A stretch of DNA of 44,793 nucleotides. It comes from a candidate division WOR-3 bacterium (lineage in GTDB: Bacteria; Hydrothermota; Tepidihabitantia; B3-TA06; JALVRC01). The notes under the pieces were generated by a model. That model was not told the DNA's origin, made no database searches, and worked only from the letters and a program-made list of their open reading frames with translations. The stretch spans positions 1 to 44,793 of the forward strand of contig JALVRC010000046.1 in assembly GCA_027025255.1 (NCBI GenBank), written 5' to 3'. A program made the position numbers and the translations under genes. Positions 16,752 through 27,117 of this stretch are shown here, in pieces; position 1 is the stretch's first letter, and each line of letters starts with the position of its first letter.

Positions 16752-19232
16752 TCAATTCAGGCTGTTAATAATGCTTCTTTTCACCGAAGAAAAATCTCCC
16801 TCAAAAACCCCCCTTATAACGTTTTTTCCTCCACCCTTAAAACCTAAATCCCTTAAAGTATTCAAATCTATCTTACTGTCTATACTAAAAAGAATAAACT
16901 GTTTTCCACAAACAAGCAAGTAATTAAGTCCTTTATTTTTCAATAAATCACCAATAACTATTAAGTGCTTACAGGGGAACCTTTTAACTTCCTCTATAAC
17001 CCATTTGGATTTTTTTATTTCAATAATGCTAATTTGCTTAATCCACTCCTCTGATAACAATGAAACTATACGGTAATTTTCATCTTTCATATTCTTTAGC
17101 TCACTATATAATGTATCTATCTTACGTTCTATCAAATCCTCCGTAATATTCAATCGTTGCCTTAAATGCTCTAAAAGCTTTATCTTTTCCTTTAAATACC
17201 TAAATGCTCTCTCGCCTGTATAGGCATCTATCCTCCTTATACCGGCGGAAGCACTCTCTTCTTTAATAATCTTAAAAACCCCTATTTCACCAGTATTACT
17301 TAAATGAGTTCCCCCACAAAGCTCTTTAGAAAAATCTCCTATAGAAACCATTCTAACACTATCTCCGTAAACCTCATTAAAAAAAGCCAGTGCCCCCTCT
17401 TGTCTTGCTTTTTCTAAAGTAGTAACAATTGTTTCAATATTCCAGGCCTTTCTTACAACTCTATTTATCATTTCTTCCACCTTCTCTATTTCCATTTGAC
17501 TTAAAGGTTTTAAGGATGTAAAATCAAACCTTAAACGACCAACACCAACGTATGAGCCTTCCTGTCTGACAAATTCTCCTACAACTTTTCTTAGAGCAGC
17601 CTGAAGCAGATGTGTAGCAGTATGAGCTCTTGCTATCTCCTTCCTTCTGTCAACATTAACTTCTGCTATTACACGCATATCATTGCCAATTTCCCCCTCC
17701 CATTTTCCCTTTAAAACTCGTAATTTACCTATGTAAAAGCTGTCCTCTACCTGAAAACTAAAACCATTTCCTTTTACAATCCCACTATCCCCAATCTGAC
17801 CACCTGACTCTGCATAAAAAGGTGTTTCTCTAAGGACTAAAAAACCATTGTCTCCGTCTCGCGTATATCTTATAACTTCAGTCTCAACCCTGAAATTTTC
17901 ATATCCAACAAACCTCTGGTCTACTTCTTTAACAATCTTCCATTCGTTGGTCTTAAAATCAGTTCTAATCTTTGAACGTATCCTCTGCTCCTTTAACAAT
18001 TTGTAAAAACCCTGCTCATTAAAAGCTTTACCTCTTTCCCTTAAAAGTACCTTAATAAGATCAAAGGGAAATCCATAGGTATCATAAAGCTTAAAAACAT
18101 GCATCTCATCAATATTACCTTTTTTAAAATAATCTACAAATATTTTCATACCTCTATCAAGTGTCTTTAAAAACCTCTCCTCTTCTGATTTTACTACCAG
18201 AACAACAGTATCTTCTCTCTCAACTAATTCAGGATAAGCCTCCTTCATGATATCTACAACAACAGGGACCAGCCTGAAGAGAATGGGTTTTTTAATCCCT
18301 ACCTGATATAACATACCTAAAGCCCTTCTCAGTATCCTTCTTAATACATATCCCCTCTCTTCATTTGATGGAATAACACCCTCAGAAATAGCAAAGGTTA
18401 ATGCTCTTACATGATCAATAGCAGTTCTAATATAAACAATGTGTGATAAGGAATCAAGAGAAGTCATACCCAATAATGCATTTTTTATAGGTTCAAACAA
18501 ATCTGTTTCAAAGATACTCTTTTTTTCTTGCAAAACCATAGCAAACCGTTCAAGTCCCATTCCAGTGTCAATGCCTCTATTCTTCAATGGTTTTCTTGTG
18601 CCATCCTTTTTTTGATCATACTGTGGAAAAACAAGATTCCAAATCTCCATATATCTTTCACAATCACATTGAGGCCCCTCACATCCTTCGGGGCAGGCAA
18701 ATTCTCTGCCAAAATCATAGAATATCTCGCTTGAGGGCCCGCATGCACCTGTTCCACCAGCTGGGCCCCAGAAATTTGTTTTATCTCCGAGCCTGACTAT
18801 CTTTGAAGGTTCCAACCCCAATGACAACCATATATTATATGCCTCATCATCATCATGGTGTACAGTAACCCACAATCTCTCTTTTTTTAGACCGATTACA
18901 TCTGTCAAATATTCCCATGCCCACTCTATAGCCTCCTTCTTAAAATAATCTCCAAAAGAAAAATTACCAAGCATTTCAAAAAACGTTTCGTGAGAAATGG
19001 TTCTTCCGACATTATCAATATCAGATGCCCTTAAGCACTTTTGAATGCTCGCAGCTCTCGGATATTCCGGTTTAACTTCACCTGCCCAGAACGGCTTAAA
19101 TTGTACCATCCCTGCACTTGTAAACAAAAGGCTCGGATCATTGTATGGAACAAGAAGAGAAGAAGGAAAAATCTTGTGATCTTTGCTTTTAAAAAATTCC
19201 AAAAAACTGCGTCTTATTTCAGAATGTTTCAC
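16752..19232 (-). CDS. alaS: alanine--tRNA ligase
   Basis: FTSAGMVQFKP and FEMLGNFSFGDYFK, editing-domain HxxxH (HTATHLL) and CGGTH. Confidence 0.95.
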   Translation of the reverse strand: MKHSEIRRSFLEFFKSKDHKIFPSSLLVPYNDPSLLFTSAGMVQFKPFWAGEVKPEYPRAASIQKCLRASDIDNVGRTISHETFFEMLGNFSFGDYFKKEAIEWAWEYLTDVIGLKKERLWVTVHHDDDEAYNIWLSLGLEPSKIVRLGDKTNFWGPAGGTGACGPSSEIFYDFGREFACPEGCEGPQCDCERYMEIWNLVFPQYDQKKDGTRKPLKNRGIDTGMGLERFAMVLQEKKSIFETDLFEPIKNALLGMTSLDSLSHIVYIRTAIDHVRALTFAISEGVIPSNEERGYVLRRILRRALGMLYQVGIKKPILFRLVPVVVDIMKEAYPELVEREDTVVLVVKSEEERFLKTLDRGMKIFVDYFKKGNIDEMHVFKLYDTYGFPFDLIKVLLRERGKAFNEQGFYKLLKEQRIRSKIRTDFKTNEWKIVKEVDQRFVGYENFRVETEVIRYTRDGDNGFLVLRETPFYAESGGQIGDSGIVKGNGFSFQVEDSFYIGKLRVLKGKWEGEIGNDMRVIAEVNVDRRKEIARAHTATHLLQAALRKVVGEFVRQEGSYVGVGRLRFDFTSLKPLSQMEIEKVEEMINRVVRKAWNIETIVTTLEKARQEGALAFFNEVYGDSVRMVSIGDFSKELCGGTHLSNTGEIGVFKIIKEESASAGIRRIDAYTGERAFRYLKEKIKLLEHLRQRLNITEDLIERKIDTLYSELKNMKDENYRIVSLLSEEWIKQISIIEIKKSKWVIEEVKRFPCKHLIVIGDLLKNKGLNYLLVCGKQFILFSIDSKIDLNTLRDLGFKGGGKNVIRGVFEGDFSSVKRSIINSLN

Positions 19233-19678
19233 ATAGCCTCCAATACACCTTTAATAATTTCAATACTATAACCTCTATTGTAAAGATATCTTAAAAGCTT
19301 ATCTTTCTTACTATATACTTTTTGTTTTTTTATAACAAGTTCTTTTATGGCCTCTTTTTCAAAATTTAAAAAATCTTCCTCTTTTAAACTCTCAATAAGC
19401 TCTTTTTTAAAACCTTTTTCAAAAAGAACAGATTTCAAAGCAAGCCAGCCCTTTTTCTTATATCTAAGTGTATCAATTATAACCCTTTTTATATACTCCT
19501 CCTCTTTTAAATATCCTGCTTCTATCATATATGTAATTGTTCTCTTAATCTCTTCTAATTGATATCCTTTTCTCTTCATTCTATCTCTTAGTTCTTTTTC
19601 TGTCCTATCTCTATAACTTATAAGCATTAATGCGTATTCAACAGGTTCAACCTTCCTCTTTCTCTTCATCAACTTCAA
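19229..19678 (-). CDS. recX: RecX-like regulatory protein
   Basis: Small helical-repeat protein immediately downstream of and overlapping recA ([24 protein letters not shown]). Confidence 0.7.
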   Translation of the reverse strand: MKLMKRKRKVEPVEYALMLISYRDRTEKELRDRMKRKGYQLEEIKRTITYMIEAGYLKEEEYIKRVIIDTLRYKKKGWLALKSVLFEKGFKKELIESLKEEDFLNFEKEAIKELVIKKQKVYSKKDKLLRYLYNRGYSIEIIKGVLEAM

Positions 19679-20678
19679 AATAAAAATCCCTCACTTCTTT
19701 TTCAAGCTTATGCAGAACATCTTCATTATCTTTTAAATAACCAATTACACTATCCCTCCCCTGGCCTAATCGTTTTTCCTTATAAGAATACCATGCACCT
19801 GCCTTATTCAATATACCTGCCTTTACTCCCATATCAACAAGTTCCCCCAACCTATCAATACCAACACCATAAATAATATCAAATTCTGCTATCCTGAACG
19901 GTGGTGCAAGTTTATTCTTAACAATTTTTACTTTTACCCTATGGCCTTTTACCTCATCTCCCTTTTTAATCGTAACACTTTTTCGTACCTCTACCCTTAA
20001 GGAAGAATGAAATTTAAGTGCAAGACCACCAGGAGTAGTTTCAGGATTACCAAACATAACCCCTATCTTCTGCCTTATCTGATTAATAAATATAGCACAT
20101 GTATTGGATTTACTTATAACAGCAGTAAGTTTTCTTAAAGCCTGTGACATAAGACGCGCCTGCAATCCGATATGAGCATCTCCCATTTCACCATCTATCT
20201 CTGCCTTTGGAACAAGTGCAGCAACTGAATCAATTACAAATATATCCAGAGCACCACTTCTGGTTAAAATCTCCGCTATTTCAAGAGCCTGTTCTCCTGT
20301 ATCTGGTTGAGAGATTAAAAGTTCGTCTAAATCAACTCCTAAAAGTGCAGCATATGTTGGATCCAATGCATGTTCAGCATCAATGAAAGCCGCCTTGCCA
20401 CCTCCCTTCTGAGCCTCAGCTATAGCCTTTAAAGCAAGGGTTGTCTTTCCACTTGCTTCTGGCCCATAAATCTCTACAACTCGCCCTCGTGGGTAACCAC
20501 CAATACCCAATGCAACATCAAGGGCAATTGAACCTGAAGGGATTATATCTACCTGCACATGCTTTCTTTCTCCCATTTTCATAACAGAACCTTTACCAAA
20601 CTGTTTTTCTATATGCGAAATAGCACTTACAAGTGCCCTTGACTTCTCGTCTAACTTATTTTCTTTTTTTACACCCAT
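19647..20678 (-). CDS. recA: recombinase A
   Basis: Walker [10 protein letters not shown], plus [10 protein letters not shown] and [21 protein letters not shown]. Confidence 0.97.
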   Translation of the reverse strand: MGVKKENKLDEKSRALVSAISHIEKQFGKGSVMKMGERKHVQVDIIPSGSIALDVALGIGGYPRGRVVEIYGPEASGKTTLALKAIAEAQKGGGKAAFIDAEHALDPTYAALLGVDLDELLISQPDTGEQALEIAEILTRSGALDIFVIDSVAALVPKAEIDGEMGDAHIGLQARLMSQALRKLTAVISKSNTCAIFINQIRQKIGVMFGNPETTPGGLALKFHSSLRVEVRKSVTIKKGDEVKGHRVKVKIVKNKLAPPFRIAEFDIIYGVGIDRLGELVDMGVKAGILNKAGAWYSYKEKRLGQGRDSVIGYLKDNEDVLHKLEKEVRDFYFEVDEEKEEG

Positions 20679-20690
20679 AAAATCTCCTTT

Positions 20691-22508
20691 TTATAAAACT
20701 GTGACACTTTTAGCCAGATTTCTCGGTTTATCTACATCACATCCTTTTAATGTTGCTACGTGATAAGCAAAAAGCTGCAGTGGTATAGCCACTATAAACG
20801 GTAAAAGAAACTCATCTACATCTGGTAAAGCTATAAAGTCCTTAGAAAGACTCTTTAGATGCTTATCGCCTTTAGTCCCTATCCCTATTACTCTTGCTCC
20901 TCTTGAAACTATCTCTTCAACATTAGAAATCATTTTTTTGTAATTACTATCCTCTGGAGCAATAACGATAACAGGTGTATCCTTATCAATAAGGGATATA
21001 GGTCCATGCTTCAACTCGCCGGCAGGATAAGCAGATGCATAAATATATGAAATTTCCTTTAACTTTAAAGCTCCTTCTAATGCTGAAGCTAAATTTAATC
21101 CCCTTCCGAGAAACAAAAAATTCTGAGCATACTGATAGCGAGTACTTAAACGCTTAATATGCTTATCTTCTTTTAAAACAGCTCTCATAAGAAAAGGTAA
21201 GTCTTGAATAGCATTTTTCACACGTTTAATGGAATATCCTTTCAACTCTGCCATTAATAGAGAAAATGCCAACAGAGACATGAGCTGAGAAGTATACGTT
21301 TTTGTTGCAGCCACACCAACCTCAACTCCAGCTCCTGTATAAATAGTGCTATTAGACTCTCTTTCAATAGAGGTTTTTATATTGTTTACTACAGAAAGCA
21401 CGCTTATATTAAGCTCCTTTTTGGCAAGCCTTAAGGCCTCAAGAGTATCCGCTGTCTCTCCAGACTGTGAGACAGCAATCATTAAAGGGTAATCTTTAAA
21501 CGACGTAATCCTATCTATAAACTCTGAAGCAATCTCAACATCAGTATGGATATGAGCAAATTTTTCAAGATAATATCTACCGACAAGAGAAGCATGATAT
21601 GAGGTACCACATGCCTCAATAATAATTCTGTCTATCTGTTTTAAGAAATCCCTTCTGCATCGGAATTCAGGTCCTAATAAAATATGCTTTTTAAAAAATC
21701 TCTGAATCTGTTTCTCAATAATGTCTGGCTGTTCCATTATCTCTTTTCTCATAAAATGGGCATAACGCCCCTTACTCACCTTCTCAAACTCTCTGTCTAA
21801 AGGGACAAAAGATGTCTCCTTTTCTTTCCCATTCCTTGTATAGATTTTTATTCCCTTATCCTTCTCCGCAATAACTATCTCTCCATCCTCAAGAGGGTAA
21901 ATTCGCTTAGCAATACCTATTAGAGCATAAGGGTCAGATGCAATAATATAATCGTTTCTATCTCCAATCCCTGCCACAAGAGGACTGCCCTGCCTAATTC
22001 CAAGAATAGTATTTGGGAATTGCTTATCTATAACCCCCAGAGCATAACTACCTTCAAGTTGTTTAAGAATATATAAAGATTTTTTTAATAAATTACCCTT
22101 AATTCTCTCAAACAAATGAGGGACTATCTCGGAATCAGTAATAGATACAAGCTTATGACCTTCCTTAATCAGTTCTTCCCTTAATTCATTATAGTTCTCT
22201 ATAATACCGTTATGAACAACCGCTGTATTTTTATTACAGTCTGTAAAAGGATGGGCATTATTTTCACTAACTTTCCCGTGGGTTGCCCACCGAGTATGTC
22301 CTATCCCTATGTTTGAGCTTAAATAGACACCATCTAATACTTGCTTCAATTTCTGAAGCCTGCCTACAACTTTTTTTATAAACAGCTTATCCTGTTCAAC
22401 TGTTGCTATGCCGCAAGAATCATATCCTCTATACTCAAGTCTTTCAAGCCCAACAAGTATTACAGATTTGACATCTCTGTCGCCAGTATACCCTACTATT
22501 CCACACAT
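20691..22508 (-). CDS. glmS: glutamine--fructose-6-phosphate aminotransferase
   Basis: MCGIVGY N-terminal nucleophile, two SIS domains, C-terminal DKPRNLAKSVTV. Confidence 0.95.
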   Translation of the reverse strand: MCGIVGYTGDRDVKSVILVGLERLEYRGYDSCGIATVEQDKLFIKKVVGRLQKLKQVLDGVYLSSNIGIGHTRWATHGKVSENNAHPFTDCNKNTAVVHNGIIENYNELREELIKEGHKLVSITDSEIVPHLFERIKGNLLKKSLYILKQLEGSYALGVIDKQFPNTILGIRQGSPLVAGIGDRNDYIIASDPYALIGIAKRIYPLEDGEIVIAEKDKGIKIYTRNGKEKETSFVPLDREFEKVSKGRYAHFMRKEIMEQPDIIEKQIQRFFKKHILLGPEFRCRRDFLKQIDRIIIEACGTSYHASLVGRYYLEKFAHIHTDVEIASEFIDRITSFKDYPLMIAVSQSGETADTLEALRLAKKELNISVLSVVNNIKTSIERESNSTIYTGAGVEVGVAATKTYTSQLMSLLAFSLLMAELKGYSIKRVKNAIQDLPFLMRAVLKEDKHIKRLSTRYQYAQNFLFLGRGLNLASALEGALKLKEISYIYASAYPAGELKHGPISLIDKDTPVIVIAPEDSNYKKMISNVEEIVSRGARVIGIGTKGDKHLKSLSKDFIALPDVDEFLLPFIVAIPLQLFAYHVATLKGCDVDKPRNLAKSVTVL

Positions 22509-23803
22509 AAAGCTTTAATCTCTTCATAAAGGGAAAATGCAAGCTCAGATGAATCCGCCTCAATTATAACCCTGAAAACATCTTCTGTATTTGAAGGTCT
22601 AACATGAATAAAGAAATTAGGAGCTTCTATAAGTATACCATCATCTTCATAGGAATCTAAATTACCAGATTTATCCTTCAGATGATATTTTATACTTGCA
22701 AATTTCTTTTTTGCTGGGAATTTATCCTTAATCATATACAACCGAGGGAAAGAATCAATCAAACTCTCGATATTCTCTTCACTATAAAGAGCTCCCATAG
22801 CAAGCATACCGACCATTCCATCCCTTGTTGCATTGAATCCGGAAAGGATTACACCACCATTCCCTTCACCACCATATTTACTATGATGCTTCTTTATAGA
22901 ATCAACAACATTTGCTTCTCCTACAGGGGCTCTATAGAGCTTTACATTATAAAGAGATGCTATATAATCTATTATTTTGGAAGTAGAGTAATTTACGACA
23001 ATACTACCTTTTTTGTGGTTTAGAAAATAATAAAGAGACAGTGCTAAACTAACCTCTTCACCAACAGCCTCTCCATTCTCTAAAATAAAACTCACCCTAT
23101 CACCGTCAGGATCAAAACCAAATCCCATGTCCAATTTATTTTTTATAACAAAGGCTGAAAGTTTTTCCAGATTATCTCTTGTAGGTTCTGGCCCCCTTTC
23201 AAAAGCATATTTATATTGATAATGTAAAGGGGAAACCTTTGCTCCAAAGGCTTCTAATATTTTTTTAGCAGCTGGATAGGCAGCACCATTTATCGTATCT
23301 ATTCCCACTTTAAATGGCAATTTTAAATTTTTGAAGAAAGGCTCTTCTTTAAGAGACTTTATGTAAATATCAACTAAATCCACTTTCTTTTCTTTAAATT
23401 TCTTTTCCTCAATATCTCCAATAAAATCTTCTATAAATTTTTTAAATTTCTCAACCTTTTTACCATTCAAAAATCTCCCATCAGCTATAAACTTTATGCC
23501 GTTCCATTGTTCAGGATTATGACTCGCTGTAATCATCATTGCAGGTATTCCGAAGTACTTACTTCCAAAAACAGCAATAGGCGTTGGGACAATATGTGCA
23601 TAAACAACACTGGCTCCAGCAGCAGAAACTCCTCTCTTCACAGCGTCTGCGTACTCTTCTCCCGTGTTCCTACCATCTCTTGCAATAAGTACTTTATCCG
23701 CTTTTGTATACTTAGTAAAAAGATATGCATACTTCCTCATCAAACGGGAATTTATATCTATATCTACAATCCCTCTAAGACCTGAAACAGTAAATTTTAA
23801 CAT
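22496..23803 (-). CDS. glmM: alpha-D-phosphohexomutase, probable phosphoglucosamine mutase
   Basis: Active-site TASHNPEQWNGIKF and metal loop GFDPDGDR. Overlaps glmS by 13 nt. No SD seen upstream. Confidence 0.7.
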   Translation of the reverse strand: MLKFTVSGLRGIVDIDINSRLMRKYAYLFTKYTKADKVLIARDGRNTGEEYADAVKRGVSAAGASVVYAHIVPTPIAVFGSKYFGIPAMMITASHNPEQWNGIKFIADGRFLNGKKVEKFKKFIEDFIGDIEEKKFKEKKVDLVDIYIKSLKEEPFFKNLKLPFKVGIDTINGAAYPAAKKILEAFGAKVSPLHYQYKYAFERGPEPTRDNLEKLSAFVIKNKLDMGFGFDPDGDRVSFILENGEAVGEEVSLALSLYYFLNHKKGSIVVNYSTSKIIDYIASLYNVKLYRAPVGEANVVDSIKKHHSKYGGEGNGGVILSGFNATRDGMVGMLAMGALYSEENIESLIDSFPRLYMIKDKFPAKKKFASIKYHLKDKSGNLDSYEDDGILIEAPNFFIHVRPSNTEDVFRVIIEADSSELAFSLYEEIKALCVE

Positions 23804-23826
23804 ACTATAATTTTAACAAAAAAATC

Positions 23827-24225
23827 CTAAAAGTCAAGTAATTTTTTTAGTGTATCCATTATATCATTTTTTGTCAAAAATTGTATTTCCATCCCTTCAA
23901 TAAAAACATACTTTCTCCCATCTCTCTTCTCTGGTTCATCAACAGAAAAAATGTCAGGAATCATTCTCAATCCCAAACCCACAAAATATTTACTAAAAGA
24001 AAGTACTATAAAGAAATTGTCTTTGGCATAGTTCCTTTTTAACAGAAGAGATGTATTCACCAGATAGAGTGGTTTGTTCATATACTGTAAGACCTTAAAC
24101 ATGTCGCCTTTTTCTCTTGGTAAAGATGTAATTTCAAACTCATTAATATCCTCAACTCTAATAACATCATACTTGGGAATAGCATAAAGAGTCTCACTTA
24201 CCTCAAAAATAAATACATCAATCAT
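23827..24225 (-). CDS. CheW-like coupling protein
   Basis: FIFEVSETLYAIPKYDVIRVEDINEFEITSLP ... FFIVLSFSKYFVGLGLRMIPDI follows the CheW-domain pattern. ATGA overlap with the upstream ORF. Confidence 0.5.
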   Translation of the reverse strand: MIDVFIFEVSETLYAIPKYDVIRVEDINEFEITSLPREKGDMFKVLQYMNKPLYLVNTSLLLKRNYAKDNFFIVLSFSKYFVGLGLRMIPDIFSVDEPEKRDGRKYVFIEGMEIQFLTKNDIMDTLKKLLDF

Positions 24226-24521
24226 TGCTCACCCCTTATAATAATGAAAAATGCCTTTTTGTTCTCAAACGCAATATGTGTCAATGGGTAAGCCTTTATA
24301 AAATCCGGGATCTTAAATATTCTTTCTAATTCAATATCAACAATCCCTGCGACACTTACTCCTCTTATATAAGTATTATCCTTAAAAACTACAAAAATAT
24401 TACCTTCTCCCCTTAATAAAGGCCTTACATCAGTAGAAACCTGTTCATGAGTTTTTAAAATCTCCTCAACTTTAACCCCTATTATAATCCCCTCATCTGT
24501 TTTCACCCTTAATATCTTCAT
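24222..24521 (-). CDS. 99-aa protein, possibly a truncated CheW-like domain
   Basis: Translationally coupled to cheA and to the next ORF by 4-nt overlaps. The two ends weakly resemble the first and last strands of CheW, and the middle segment is missing. Confidence 0.3.
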   Translation of the reverse strand: MKILRVKTDEGIIIGVKVEEILKTHEQVSTDVRPLLRGEGNIFVVFKDNTYIRGVSVAGIVDIELERIFKIPDFIKAYPLTHIAFENKKAFFIIIRGEQ

Positions 24522-27115
24522 ACAGTAGCATACCTCCTTACTATAGACATCAAATCATCCCTTGTGTAAGGCTTTGTCAGAAAATCTTCAGCACCGTAAC
24601 CATAAACTTCAGTCTTATGCTGCAAACCGCTTCGAGCTGAAATTACAACAATATGTATATTCCTTGCCCATGAAATATTCCTTACGGCTTTTATAAGTTC
24701 AATTCCATTCATAACAGGCATCTCCAGATCAGTAATTACAAGATTATATTTTTTGTTCTTTATCTTTTGTAAAGCTTCTCTCCCATCAGAAGCAGTTTCT
24801 ACAGAATATTTTTCCTTTAAAAGCATTCTTGAAATAAAACGCCTAACACTTGGAGAATCATCCACAACAAGTATATCGCCCTTCTGTGAAGGTTCATCCA
24901 ATTCTTTGATATTTTCCTCGTCATAAGGAGAAACTTCTTTCTTAACCTGAATCTCTTTAATCTTTTCAAGACTTACAAGCCTTACAGGATTAAGAATTAA
25001 TACAACTCTTCCGGTACCACTTATAGTAGCACCTGAAAAATACTTTATCCTGCTAACTGGCAAAGGCAGGTATTTAATAAGTATTTGCTCCCTTTCAAGA
25101 ATATTATCCACTTTTATCCCAACTTTCCCCTCAGGATACCGAACAACTATAATAAAGCCTCTCTTACCATTCTTCTGTGAAGAATCTATCTTAAGGATAT
25201 CTGATAACCCTACAAATGGGATCAAAACATCCCTTAACCTGAAATAATGCAATCCAGCAATTTTACTAATTTTATCCTCACTAAATTCTTCCACTCGTAC
25301 AATTGACGAAATAGGGAAAAGAAATATCTGATTCCCTTCCTTTACATAAACTGCTTCACTAATACCTATTGTTATAGGAAAGCTCAAAATAATACGAATC
25401 CCTTCATTCGTTTTTGATTCTACATCTATACTTCCATTTAGCTCCTCAACAGTATTTTTCACAATATCAAGACCAACACCTCTACCTGAATAAAAACCAG
25501 CTTTATCCATTGTTGTAAATCCAGGATTAAATAAAAACTGGATTAGCTCATCGTGAGAAACCCTGCTCTCTGGAGCTAAAAGCCCTTCCTCTACTGCTTT
25601 GTCCTTTATAACATCATAATCGAGCCCTCTTCCGTCATCATTAATCTCAAGTACTACCCTGTTTATGGTAGAATAAGCAAGCAATGTAATATTCCCTATC
25701 GCTGGTTTACCTTTTTCTATTCTGTTTTCTTTAGTCTCTATTCCATGCTCTACTGCATTTTTTAAAAGATGAAGGAAAGGATCTATCATCTTATTTATAA
25801 TTCTTTTATCAATTAACGTCTCTTCGCCTTTTATTATAATATTTACCTTTTTCCCCAGTCTGTCAGCCATATCACGAATTACACGCTTGAAGCGTCCAAA
25901 TAACTGAATCACCGGGACCATCCTTATATGAAGAACCTCCTCCTGCAGCTTATTAACCAATAGTGAATATCTATTAGTCTCTTCTTCTACTACATGTAAC
26001 TTATTTTCAAAAGATGCAGTATAATCTTTAAGCCCTATAATAACATTATTCAGCCTTCTCTCAAGATTATCATAACGTGAAAAAGTTGCAAGTTCTGCAG
26101 GAGAAAGAGAACTTTTATAAAGGGTAAGTTCCCCCTTAAGGATTTCAAAACCTCTATATATTTCCATTATCTGTTTTAACAATCTTTCAACATCATTACC
26201 AAGGTTAAACAATTTACCGAATTTATTTAAAAGAAGGGATTTATTAATATTCAGCTCTGAAGAAAGGTTTAAAAGGCTGTCAAGCCTATCAAGAGGAATT
26301 CGTATATCCTTCTCTCTTACGCTTTCTACTGAAGGTTCCTCCTCTAACTGGCCGATATCCATTTCTGTCGTTTTAATATGTTCTTTAATACGCTCTAATG
26401 CTCCTATTATTTCTTGTTTAACAATACCTGTATCAAGACCATCCCTCTTTATTCTATCAATCATTCCTCTAATTAAATCAATTCCAGTAAATACTGTATT
26501 AAAATCTTCCTTAGAAAGTTGTAATTCGCCTTTCTCCATAGCTTCAAAAATATCTTCTAAAAGATGAGCCACAGAAGAAAGCTCCATAAACCCCAGCATA
26601 GCTGCTGAGCCTTTAATGGTATGTGCAATCCTCATTAATGAATGAAGATCCTCTTTTTGAAGATTATTCTCAATATCTACAATAATACTGTCAAGCTCGT
26701 TAAGATGCTCTCTTACTTCCTCCATAAATATTTCGAGTAGTTCTGAATCAATACCTTCATCCTCTTTTTCTTCTTCCATTTTTTTCTCTGTCTTTTCCTC
26801 TTTTGATACTTCCCCTTCCTTTATACCTTCAGAAACGTGTTTAAGTGGTTGAACTAACTTATTCTTAGTATCTTCTATGCTTTCAACAGTTCTTATCGTA
26901 TTTTTCAATATTTCTTTTGCCCTATCCTTTTCATTGTTGAGCAAATATTTATTAACTTCAAGTAATACATTGGTAATTTCACTGTCAAAACTATCTTTAA
27001 AACCATCTATAATAGCTAATAAAATAGAAGATATTGTTTCTTTATCAAAACCCTTTTCATCAATTAAATGAATAAGATCCTTTAATTGTATTAAAAATTC
27101 AGCTCTCTCAGTCAT
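24518..27115 (-). CDS. cheA: hybrid chemotaxis histidine kinase CheA with C-terminal receiver (ChpA/PixL-like)
   Basis: HPt HTIKGSAAMLGF, dimerisation IPLDRLDSLLNLSSEL, N box HLLKNAVEHGIE, G1 DDGRGLD, G2 SGRGVGLD, a CheW-like domain, and REC ILVVDDS...VITDLEMPVMNG...TKPY. Confidence 0.9.
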   Translation of the reverse strand: MTERAEFLIQLKDLIHLIDEKGFDKETISSILLAIIDGFKDSFDSEITNVLLEVNKYLLNNEKDRAKEILKNTIRTVESIEDTKNKLVQPLKHVSEGIKEGEVSKEEKTEKKMEEEKEDEGIDSELLEIFMEEVREHLNELDSIIVDIENNLQKEDLHSLMRIAHTIKGSAAMLGFMELSSVAHLLEDIFEAMEKGELQLSKEDFNTVFTGIDLIRGMIDRIKRDGLDTGIVKQEIIGALERIKEHIKTTEMDIGQLEEEPSVESVREKDIRIPLDRLDSLLNLSSELNINKSLLLNKFGKLFNLGNDVERLLKQIMEIYRGFEILKGELTLYKSSLSPAELATFSRYDNLERRLNNVIIGLKDYTASFENKLHVVEEETNRYSLLVNKLQEEVLHIRMVPVIQLFGRFKRVIRDMADRLGKKVNIIIKGEETLIDKRIINKMIDPFLHLLKNAVEHGIETKENRIEKGKPAIGNITLLAYSTINRVVLEINDDGRGLDYDVIKDKAVEEGLLAPESRVSHDELIQFLFNPGFTTMDKAGFYSGRGVGLDIVKNTVEELNGSIDVESKTNEGIRIILSFPITIGISEAVYVKEGNQIFLFPISSIVRVEEFSEDKISKIAGLHYFRLRDVLIPFVGLSDILKIDSSQKNGKRGFIIVVRYPEGKVGIKVDNILEREQILIKYLPLPVSRIKYFSGATISGTGRVVLILNPVRLVSLEKIKEIQVKKEVSPYDEENIKELDEPSQKGDILVVDDSPSVRRFISRMLLKEKYSVETASDGREALQKIKNKKYNLVITDLEMPVMNGIELIKAVRNISWARNIHIVVISARSGLQHKTEVYGYGAEDFLTKPYTRDDLMSIVRRYATV

Positions 27116-27117
27116 TT

